Sequence record: SRR31156797_495 | Length of the DNA stretch: 34,480 bases | Direction: 5' to 3' (one strand) | Shown: positions 20,106 through 28,377 of the stretch, piece after piece | Layout of the letters: each line of letters opens with the position of its first letter | How positions within the stretch are numbered: position 1 is the stretch's first letter | Notes under the pieces: model-generated | Seen by the model: the letters and a program-made list of their open reading frames with translations, nothing else | Database searches by the model: none | What the model was told of the DNA's origin: nothing | Translations under genes and position numbers: made by a program

Positions 20106-21197
20106 ATGGAACACCATGCATTCATATCGTCAGAAAGTACTGAGGCTGTAATTGATGTGCCGTCGCTTCTGACACCACTGTCAAAAGGATCTCCCTGCGG
20201 TGACGACCTTATTTATTCGGAAACTTATGACGCCATCAAGGAAGCCCGCAGGCAGGAAGACGCCAATTTACCGCGGGGAGTCTGGGACCGGGAACTCAAA
20301 CGGGCTGACTGGTCAAAAGTCATACAACTTTGCGAAGAGGCTCTCGCAACCTCAAGCAAGGATTTGCAGATTGCTGCGTGGCTTACAGAGGCTTTGCTGT
20401 GCCTTCATGGTCCCAGAGGACTGCACGAAGGACTGATTCTGATGCTGGAAATGACCAGAACGTTCTGGGATGAAGTTAAACCACTTCCTGAAGGGGATAT
20501 GGACAAACGTACCGCACCATATCGCTGGATAAATACGAAACTTGCTGAACGAGTGAAGTTCATCGCCATTACGGAACCGGACACGAATCAGGGCCGTGCG
20601 TATACATATGCAGACTGGGCGGAAGCAGAATATATTGAGCATCTTGGCGTGAGGGACAAGAAAATTATTGCGCAGGCAGAAAAAGAAGGAAAGGCCAGCC
20701 GGGAAGTCATCAATCAGGTCGCCGCGGCTTCTTCTGACTCATTTTACAGTTCCCTGACCAATGAAATTGCCGCGTGCCTAGAAGTAATCATGGGACTTGA
20801 GGATCTGTTGGACACGCTATGCGAAAAGGACTCTCCCGGCTTCGGAGCTTTAAGAGAGATATTGCAGTCAGTCCTAAACCGTACGTTGACCTGGAACAGG
20901 ATGAATAGCAGTACAGCAGCCACAGAGAACACTACTAAAGACAATGCAGTTATGAAGCAGGATGACGATTCAGAACCGATTATCAGAAGCCGACAGGAAG
21001 CCTATGCCATGTTGAACAAAGCAGCCGATTTTCTCCTAGCAACGGAACCGCATAGTCCTACTCCGTATTTGGTTAAACGCGCTGTTTCCTGGGGACAAAT
21101 GCCATTGGCAGACTTGCTGGGTGAACTTGTAGGAGAAGCTCACTCTGTAAATGATATTCTATCCTTACTTGGTATTCCCGGTAGCGATAGTCATTAA
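20106..21197 (+). CDS. tssA: T6SS TssA (ImpA N-terminal domain)
   Basis: YDAIKEARR, ADW, SKDLQIAAWLTEA and C-terminal EPHSPTPYLVKRAVSWG. Confidence 0.95.
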   Translation: MEHHAFISSESTEAVIDVPSLLTPLSKGSPCGDDLIYSETYDAIKEARRQEDANLPRGVWDRELKRADWSKVIQLCEEALATSSKDLQIAAWLTEALLCLHGPRGLHEGLILMLEMTRTFWDEVKPLPEGDMDKRTAPYRWINTKLAERVKFIAITEPDTNQGRAYTYADWAEAEYIEHLGVRDKKIIAQAEKEGKASREVINQVAAASSDSFYSSLTNEIAACLEVIMGLEDLLDTLCEKDSPGFGALREILQSVLNRTLTWNRMNSSTAATENTTKDNAVMKQDDDSEPIIRSRQEAYAMLNKAADFLLATEPHSPTPYLVKRAVSWGQMPLADLLGELVGEAHSVNDILSLLGIPGSDSH

Positions 21198-21262
21198 TCG
21201 TTGTACCAAGTCCACGGGCGTTTCATCGCCCTGAGGAGCAACCTTCAAAAGGAGAATTACAC

Positions 21263-21913
21263 ATGTCCGAAAGCACGCAAAAACTGTTGGGACGAATCAG
21301 ACCCCCAAGGGTCCAGATCACCTACGATGTGGAAGTCGGTGATGCAATTATCATGAAGCAATTGCCATTTGTTGTAGGAATCATGGCGGACCTATCAGGC
21401 AAACGAGAAAAAGACCTACCTCCGCTCAAAGAGCGTAAGTTCGTTTTTGTTGATCGTGACAACGTGGATAAGGTTTTGGCAGCAGCAGCTCCACGCATAG
21501 CCTTTCAGGTTCCAAACCAACTTAATGACGATCCCGAAAAACTGAATGTGGAACTGAAATTCAAAACAATGGATGATTTTATGCCAGCTAAGGTTGCCAA
21601 ACAAGTCCCGGATCTCAAGGATCTGCTTGAAACCAGACAGAAGCTTGTTGACCTGCTTGGGAAAATTGATGGCAACGACACTCTTGACCAGTTGATTCAG
21701 AGTTTCATTCACAATGATGAAGCACTAAATGATTTGGTTACGCAAGCGACGACTGGAATTAACGAAATTAAAGCTGAAGAAGCCAAGAAAGATGCGGAGA
21801 GTTTGGATGAAGTTGAACCCTCTCCTGAACCTTCTCCCGAAGCAGAATCCCCTAAACCAGACCAAAAGAAAAAGGCAGCCAAGGCAGAAAAACCAAAACC
21901 CGAAGAGGGATAA
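21263..21913 (+). CDS. tssB: T6SS sheath small subunit TssB with low-complexity C-terminal extension
   Basis: RIRPPRVQITYDVE, LPFVVGIMADLSG, ERKFV. Confidence 0.97.
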   Translation: MSESTQKLLGRIRPPRVQITYDVEVGDAIIMKQLPFVVGIMADLSGKREKDLPPLKERKFVFVDRDNVDKVLAAAAPRIAFQVPNQLNDDPEKLNVELKFKTMDDFMPAKVAKQVPDLKDLLETRQKLVDLLGKIDGNDTLDQLIQSFIHNDEALNDLVTQATTGINEIKAEEAKKDAESLDEVEPSPEPSPEAESPKPDQKKKAAKAEKPKPEEG

Positions 21914-21939
21914 CAATTCTGATCAAATAGGAGTCCAAT

Positions 21940-23385
21940 ATGAGTCCTGAAGATAAAAGCTATCTTGAAAAATGCCTGTACGATGGAAAAATGGTTAAGG
22001 ATAAATCACAAACAAGCAAATCCATGGGTTTGTTGTTGGAACTGGCGAACCTAGTACTCTCAAAAAAAATGAAGCCGCGAGACGATATTGCGGCCATGCT
22101 GGTTGACCACATTGACAAAATAGACAAGCAGATTTCCAAACAACTAGACGAAGTCTTACATGCACCTGATTTCAAAAATCTTGAAAGTTCATGGCGTGGT
22201 TTACACTACCTTGTCAAAAATTCAGAAACCGGGGAAATGCTGAAACTGCGGGTACTCAATGTTTCACGTAAAGAACTGCAATCTGATCTTGAAAAAGCAG
22301 TAGAGTTTGACCAAAGCAACCTGTTTAAAAAGGTTTATGAAGAAGAATATGGAACATTCGGCGGGACCCCATACAGCTGCCTGCTGTATGACTTTGAATT
22401 TGGTAGAACACCACAAGATATGACTTTACTGGAAAAGCTTTCGAATGTTGCTGCCGCAGCTCATACACCGCTTATGTCAGGGGCTTCCTCAACACTCTTT
22501 GATATGGAGTGCTTTACTGAACTTGCCAACCCTCGTGACCTAACCAAATTATTTGAAAGCTCTGAACTCATAAAATGGCGCTCATTTCGTTCAAATGAAG
22601 ATTCCCGTTATGTCACCCTCAGCATGCCTCATGTGTTGCTCCGCCTGCCGTATGGTCCGGAGACTCTGCCTGTCGAAGAATTTAATTATAAAGAAGATGT
22701 TAATGGAGCTAAGCATGACAAATACCTTTGGGGTAATGCATCCTGGGCTTTAGCGCAACGCGTAACCTCCGCCTTCGCCAAGCACGGATGGACCGCTGCC
22801 ATACGGGGAGTTGAAGGTGGGGGACTGGTAGAAGGGCTTCCCACTCACACTTTCAAGACTGACGATGGTGATATCGCTGTCAAGTGCCCTACTGAAATAG
22901 CTATCACGGACAGACGCGAAAAAGAACTGTCCGATCTTGGCTTCATTCCACTTATATATTGTAAAGGAACAGACTATGCAGCCTTCTTTGGGGGCCAAAC
23001 TACCAATAAGCCATTGCTATATAACACAGATGAAGCCAACGCCAATGCCAGACTCTCTGCGGTATTACCCTATCTGCTGAACGCATCCCGTTTTGCCCAT
23101 TACATCAAGTCCATCATGCGGGATAAAGTAGGCAGTTTCATGACCGCCAAGAACGTCTCCGACTACCTTAACACCTGGATATCAAACTATGTACTTCTGT
23201 CTGACGATGCCGGACAGGAGATCAAAGCCCGTTACCCACTGCGAGAGGCAAGAGTGGATGTCACCGATGTTCCAGGCAAGCCGGGAGTGTATAAAGCTAC
23301 TATTTTCCTGCGTCCGCATTTCCAGCTTGAAGAACTCACAGCCAGCATCCGTTTAGTAGCGGAACTCCCGCAACCGGCAGCTTAA
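21940..23385 (+). CDS. tssC: T6SS sheath large subunit TssC
   Basis: LESSWRGL, YEEEYGTFGGTP, YLWGNA, EIAITDRREKEL, YPLREA, PHFQLE. Confidence 0.98.
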   Translation: MSPEDKSYLEKCLYDGKMVKDKSQTSKSMGLLLELANLVLSKKMKPRDDIAAMLVDHIDKIDKQISKQLDEVLHAPDFKNLESSWRGLHYLVKNSETGEMLKLRVLNVSRKELQSDLEKAVEFDQSNLFKKVYEEEYGTFGGTPYSCLLYDFEFGRTPQDMTLLEKLSNVAAAAHTPLMSGASSTLFDMECFTELANPRDLTKLFESSELIKWRSFRSNEDSRYVTLSMPHVLLRLPYGPETLPVEEFNYKEDVNGAKHDKYLWGNASWALAQRVTSAFAKHGWTAAIRGVEGGGLVEGLPTHTFKTDDGDIAVKCPTEIAITDRREKELSDLGFIPLIYCKGTDYAAFFGGQTTNKPLLYNTDEANANARLSAVLPYLLNASRFAHYIKSIMRDKVGSFMTAKNVSDYLNTWISNYVLLSDDAGQEIKARYPLREARVDVTDVPGKPGVYKATIFLRPHFQLEELTASIRLVAELPQPAA

Positions 23386-23415
23386 CTTTAACCAGAGAAG
23401 ATAAAGGAACAGCTC

Positions 23416-23898
23416 ATGCAAAATATGTTTATAAAGATAAAAGATATTAATGGGGAGTCTACTGTCAAAGGGTACGAGAAACAGATAGAAATATACTCAT
23501 TCTCTCACGGATTTTCCCAACCAACCTCTCCACTTCGAAGTTCCGAAGGGGGCGGAACAACTTCACGCGCTCACCACTCTGATTTCTCATTCTCAAAACG
23601 GTTTGACATTTCGTCGCCGTCCCTCTGCAAAGCCCTATGGAACGGCACAACGATATCTGAAATAACTTTCACCGCATGCCGTGTAGATGGAAGTGATGTC
23701 GTGGCCTACATGGTCTTAACCATGAACGATGTAATCATTTCCAACTATAGCGTTAGTGGAGGTGGAGACTTGCCCGTTGAAACGGTTTCACTGAACTACG
23801 GAAAAATCAAATACGAATACAAGCAACAGAAACAGGCAGGTGGAGCCAGCGGAACTGCAGCAGCAACCCACTCCCTTGAAACCAATGAAATCTCGTAG
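23416..23898 (+). CDS. hcp: T6SS tube protein Hcp (TssD)
   Basis: INGES, IEIYSFSHG, KRFDISSP, PVETVSLNYGKI. Confidence 0.96.
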   Translation: MQNMFIKIKDINGESTVKGYEKQIEIYSFSHGFSQPTSPLRSSEGGGTTSRAHHSDFSFSKRFDISSPSLCKALWNGTTISEITFTACRVDGSDVVAYMVLTMNDVIISNYSVSGGGDLPVETVSLNYGKIKYEYKQQKQAGGASGTAAATHSLETNEIS

Positions 23899-23904
23899 TC
23901 AGCT

Positions 23905-24507
23905 ATGAAACATGAACAGAAGTCATACCTAGTCCCTCTTCTGAACCGGCTCGTTGATGAAACCCCTCTTGCAGGGGCCGAGCCGGTTCCCAAGAGGACT
24001 TGCAACCTAAATGACTACCAACAGTCAGTTTTGCAGGACGTATTTGCCCTGTTGAACACCAGAGTCTCCAGAGCCGGTTGGTTGGAAGGAAATTCTGCAC
24101 CGACAGTATTGGATTACGGCCTGCCGGATCTAGGCGAAAAAAGGGTTGAATCTCAAATTGATGCTGAGCATTTGGCTAAATTGGTGAGCCAAGCTATCCG
24201 GGCCTTTGAACCCCGACTCGAAAATGTACAGGTAATTCCAGTACCTCTGACTGAACTTCAGCACAAATTTTCCTCAAGCAACCGATCTAGCCAGAAAGTG
24301 CAACACTCCTCCAATATCATGCTCGGCACGGTCTCCCCCACCGATTTTGCCGGACAGGAAACCGCCAGACAGCACTTCCGCCTCGGCCTGCATATAGAAG
24401 CCGGATTAAAGGGGGCTTCCGGGGACATATCTTTATCCTTTCCAATTATTTTCGACTCACAGGGAACTGCATTTTGCGAAGAGGAGAAATGCGATGGCAA
24501 GTCATGA
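23905..24507 (+). CDS. tssE: T6SS baseplate subunit TssE (gp25-like)
   Basis: LLNTR, VLDYGLPD, AIRAFEPRL. Confidence 0.92.
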   Translation: MKHEQKSYLVPLLNRLVDETPLAGAEPVPKRTCNLNDYQQSVLQDVFALLNTRVSRAGWLEGNSAPTVLDYGLPDLGEKRVESQIDAEHLAKLVSQAIRAFEPRLENVQVIPVPLTELQHKFSSSNRSSQKVQHSSNIMLGTVSPTDFAGQETARQHFRLGLHIEAGLKGASGDISLSFPIIFDSQGTAFCEEEKCDGKS

Positions 24508-26317
24508 CAGGGACTCCATGACCCGCGATTACTATCAAAGTGAACTTGCGTACCTTCGCAAGGCAGGTGTTGAATTTGCCAAACAATACCCCCGTATTGC
24601 GGACAGGCTGGAACTGGGGCCGGACATTACACCAGATCCGTTCACGGAACGGCTAATCGAATCCTTCGCATGGCTCACGGCACGTATACGCCGGAACATT
24701 GATGCGGAAATACCGCAGGTTTCAGCTTCCTTGCTGGGGACGCTCTATCCGAACTTCACCAGCCCGGTTCCTTCTATGAGTATAGCGGAATTTCCACCTG
24801 ATAAAGATAAAGGTGATTTACGAACCGGGTATACAATCCCTGCAGGAACCCAACTTCACTGCTCTGCACAGAAAAAAGACATTACCCTACGCTGGACCAC
24901 CGCATGGCCGGTAACCATTCATCCTGTTTCCATTGTTGAAGCCACCTTTGAACCCAGATCGCTATACCAGCTCAAAGATAAAGCGACTCAAGCCTCCACC
25001 ATTTTGAGGCTGCGACTTCAAGGACAAGGAGTTCCCCTTACAGCCTGTACACTGAACAGTTTGCGGCTTTTTCTACATGGAGATCGTTTTGACACCTTTC
25101 CTTTGTATGAAACTCTAGTCACCGGAGCACTTGATATTTGTCTGCGTGACCCTAAGGACAGCCCAGACAAATCTCCTATTTCCCTTGGATTTAACGCACT
25201 TCAGCCAGTAGGTTTTAACCCAAAAGAACTCATACTCCCTCAAGGATGTTACTCCCATCCCGCCTACCAACTGGTTCAGGAATACTTCGCTTTCCCTGAA
25301 AAGTTTTTATTTCTGGACATTGCAGGCCTTGAAAAACGGCAGGAAAATGCAAAGGAATTGGATATCCTAATTCCATTGTCACAAGTACCTGCACGGCAAT
25401 CAATGATTACTAAGACCATGTTCCGCACAGGGGCTGTTCCTGTGGTAAACTTGTTTAAAAAAATTTCCGAACCAATTCGACAGGATGAAACTCAAAATGA
25501 GTATCGTCTTATTGCTGATGCAAGGCGAAATATCTCAACCGAAATCCATTCAATAGAATCCGTCAGTGCAGTGGAACCGGGGAAGACAGAAACTCTACGT
25601 ATAGAACCCTATTATTCCCTAACACACCATATGGCATCAGATCGCACACGACTATTCTGGCTGATGCGACGAGCCTGTGCTTCAGCCGGAACTCTCGGAA
25701 CAGATGTTTACCTTTCTTTCGCTGACCTAGACTTCAATCCCATGCACGCCCCCGCACGTACTATATTTGCGCGTCTTCTGTGCACTAACCGCCATTTAGC
25801 CTCAGCAGCACAGGCGGGAACCATGTTGGAACGAGATGCAAATATGCCCGTGGGAAAAATACGCCTACTGATCAACCCCACCCAACAACGCTCTCCGGCA
25901 ATGGAAGGAGAGGTTATGTGGCGGCTCATCTCACACCTAAGCCTGAACCATCTTTCACTGGATGGTCCGCAGGCCACGGATGCCCTGAGAGAAATCCTAA
26001 GACTTTATACCGATGACACCGACACCCCGTCACAAAGTCAAATACAAGGGCTAACAAACATACAATGCAGACCAATAGCCAGAAGAATGGGAAAAAAGGC
26101 ATGGAGAGGATTTGTCCGTGGGACACTTATAGAACTGACTTTGGATAAAAACAGTTTCACAGGTGGCAGTAGTTTTATCTTCGCCTCAGTTCTGAACAGT
26201 TTCTTCAGTCTTTATACAAACATAAACACTTTTACCCAGTTAAAACTTAAATATGTCGGAGAAAAAGGAGCATCATACCAATGGGCACCAATGACAGGCT
26301 GTCAACCCGTCCTTTAA
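24494..26317 (+). CDS. tssF: T6SS baseplate subunit TssF
   Basis: YYQSELAYLR, DPFTERLIESFA, QEYFAFPEKFLF, WRLISHLSLNHLSL. Confidence 0.97.
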   Translation: MASHDRDSMTRDYYQSELAYLRKAGVEFAKQYPRIADRLELGPDITPDPFTERLIESFAWLTARIRRNIDAEIPQVSASLLGTLYPNFTSPVPSMSIAEFPPDKDKGDLRTGYTIPAGTQLHCSAQKKDITLRWTTAWPVTIHPVSIVEATFEPRSLYQLKDKATQASTILRLRLQGQGVPLTACTLNSLRLFLHGDRFDTFPLYETLVTGALDICLRDPKDSPDKSPISLGFNALQPVGFNPKELILPQGCYSHPAYQLVQEYFAFPEKFLFLDIAGLEKRQENAKELDILIPLSQVPARQSMITKTMFRTGAVPVVNLFKKISEPIRQDETQNEYRLIADARRNISTEIHSIESVSAVEPGKTETLRIEPYYSLTHHMASDRTRLFWLMRRACASAGTLGTDVYLSFADLDFNPMHAPARTIFARLLCTNRHLASAAQAGTMLERDANMPVGKIRLLINPTQQRSPAMEGEVMWRLISHLSLNHLSLDGPQATDALREILRLYTDDTDTPSQSQIQGLTNIQCRPIARRMGKKAWRGFVRGTLIELTLDKNSFTGGSSFIFASVLNSFFSLYTNINTFTQLKLKYVGEKGASYQWAPMTGCQPVL

Positions 26318-27252
26318 ACGAACGACTCACAGCAGAGCCGTGGCGTTTCGACTTCTGGCAGGCAGTGCGCATCATGCGCAGCCTGACCAAGGGTGAAGTC
26401 TGTGCCGACAGCCCGGAGAATGAAGCAATCAGCTTTACATCCCGAGTATCGCAGGCTTTTCCGGCAAGCGAACTCTATTCTGCCAAAACAGAAAAGAATG
26501 CCGAGCTACAGGTGAACTTCATCGGTCTGGCAGGTGCCCATGGCCCTCTGCCAGCACCGATAACCGATCTGATAATGGATAGGGTCCGGAAAGGTGACAC
26601 GGCCCTGCGCGACTTCCTAGACATCTTCAATAACCGATTGATTTCAATATACTACAAATCAATCGTTAAATTACATCCCGGAAGGGGACATGATCCGCAC
26701 CCATCCGAGAGTCCTTTTGCCTACTACGTTTATTCCATAGCAGGTATGGGGACAAAAGGTCTGCGCACCTCACCAGTTGCAGATGCCCCCGGAAGCGCAG
26801 GAGTGCCAGATGCGTCACTTCTGAGGCATGCAGCTCTTTTCGCCACGCACCCGCGCTCAGCCGTGGGATTGGAAAAACTTGTAACGGATCATTTAAACAT
26901 TTCGGCAAAGGTTAAGCCTTTCAAAGGGACATGGCTAACCATAGAACCTGAAGACCGCACTAGTTTAGGCCAGTTCGGCCGGAATCAGGTGCTTGGTGAT
27001 AGTGCCGTGATCGGAAAGAAGGCATGGGATCAATCATCCGGGTTTACCCTTGTATTGGGTCCGTTGACAGCAGAACAGTACAAGAACTTCCTGCCCGAAC
27101 CAGCCGGCAACTGCAGAGCATATCTATTGGAGCTGGTGAAGTTTTACGTAGGAGAAGGAATGGAATGTCATGTTGAATTGGTGTTGGGTGGTGATGAGCA
27201 TATTGATATGCGGCTTGGGTATGGGGGGGATGGTTGGTTGGGGTGGGTGTAG
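26281..27252 (+). CDS. tssG: T6SS baseplate subunit TssG (C-terminus possibly clipped)
   Basis: FDFWQAVR, FIGLAGAHGPLP, FLDIFNNRL, YKNFLP; ends at WLGWV. Confidence 0.95.
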   Translation: MGTNDRLSTRPLNERLTAEPWRFDFWQAVRIMRSLTKGEVCADSPENEAISFTSRVSQAFPASELYSAKTEKNAELQVNFIGLAGAHGPLPAPITDLIMDRVRKGDTALRDFLDIFNNRLISIYYKSIVKLHPGRGHDPHPSESPFAYYVYSIAGMGTKGLRTSPVADAPGSAGVPDASLLRHAALFATHPRSAVGLEKLVTDHLNISAKVKPFKGTWLTIEPEDRTSLGQFGRNQVLGDSAVIGKKAWDQSSGFTLVLGPLTAEQYKNFLPEPAGNCRAYLLELVKFYVGEGMECHVELVLGGDEHIDMRLGYGGDGWLGWV

Positions 27253-27301
27253 GTATCTTCATCAATGATCAAATAGGCTATCAATATTACAGGAGAAAAT
27301 A

Positions 27302-27817
27302 ATGCCAATATTTATTGAAGGTCACGGCACATATAAAACCGAAGATGGAACCTTTGTTGTGCCAGATAGAGTTACGATCAAGTTTTATATTCCACATGAG
27401 AGTGAACTATCTGCAACAGCAGGAAGATACTCCCCAACAACAGAAGAATGCATAAGTCAGTCGTTATGTTATAATTATAAAATATGGCCATTGTACGGAC
27501 TACAACTACACCATAAAGATACTGAATGCAAAAGATATGGCATAGATGAACTTCCAGACACAATTCCAACTGGAGATTTAGCAATAATTAATGCGTTTAA
27601 AAACACTGGAATAAGACTATCTTGCATAGTAGATAAATTAAGGTCAAAATATACTAATCAAGATATTGAAATACGGTGGTTAGCCTGCAGAGAAAAAGTT
27701 GCACCAGAAAGCACTGTCGTATTTTCAATATCTACGCAGTCTTTTGACCCTCCAGAATACAGCAACACCATACAAAAAATCGTAGAAATGCAGGATTACA
27801 ACGGAGCAGAAATTTAA
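27302..27817 (+). CDS. AT-rich hypothetical protein resembling the 'putative adhesin Stv' domain; candidate T6SS cargo
   Basis: RBS AGGAG. Pattern GHG...VP...IKFY...NY...LS...WLACR matches my recollection of Stv-like domains; not verified. Confidence 0.55.
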   Translation: MPIFIEGHGTYKTEDGTFVVPDRVTIKFYIPHESELSATAGRYSPTTEECISQSLCYNYKIWPLYGLQLHHKDTECKRYGIDELPDTIPTGDLAIINAFKNTGIRLSCIVDKLRSKYTNQDIEIRWLACREKVAPESTVVFSISTQSFDPPEYSNTIQKIVEMQDYNGAEI

Positions 27818-27859
27818 TACATAAACAAATCCAAAACTAAAGCAGGTTGTCATCACATT

Positions 27860-28300
27860 ATGCCAGATAAAATACGCAGGACATATACTAAATATTCACA
27901 GGATGGCTACTATTCATACATGCATATAGAATGTACAAAATACACTGATGGTAATCAAAGGATAAAATTTCACGTATCCATAAATCGAATGAAGAAAAAA
28001 GGAGAGCTTAAAGATATTCATGTAACAGCCGAAATTTATCAAATAAATACAAGGTCTCAGGTGACACGCTTTGCAAATATCAAGCTTGGCAAAGTATGGT
28101 TTACTAAAGGCCCTCAAGGTGCTGTGTGGACTTTCTCTAAAAATGGAATAAAGAGTGGCCCGCATAGCAAAATTTACACTGACCCTGCAGCAAATATTAA
28201 TGTTGGAACTCAAAACATAATTGCAAAAACGTCTCCCCAGCTTTATGATTTTTATATAAACATCAAGTTAAAGTCTTATACTTGGTTAGATCTAAATTAA
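27860..28300 (+). CDS. AT-rich, Lys-rich hypothetical protein
   Basis: 146-aa ORF co-oriented inside the T6SS cluster; no family recognised. Confidence 0.65.
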   Translation: MPDKIRRTYTKYSQDGYYSYMHIECTKYTDGNQRIKFHVSINRMKKKGELKDIHVTAEIYQINTRSQVTRFANIKLGKVWFTKGPQGAVWTFSKNGIKSGPHSKIYTDPAANINVGTQNIIAKTSPQLYDFYINIKLKSYTWLDLN

Positions 28301-28377
28301 AACTAGATAAAATGAAGCAAAAGAACTGTTATAAACATTCATAAATCAATCTATTAAACTAATTTTTTAAATTTCCC

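Noticed and set aside
21216-21231. GGGCG/CGCCC hairpin between tssA and tssB
   Set aside because: Only 5 bp with no U-tract; insufficient to call a function.
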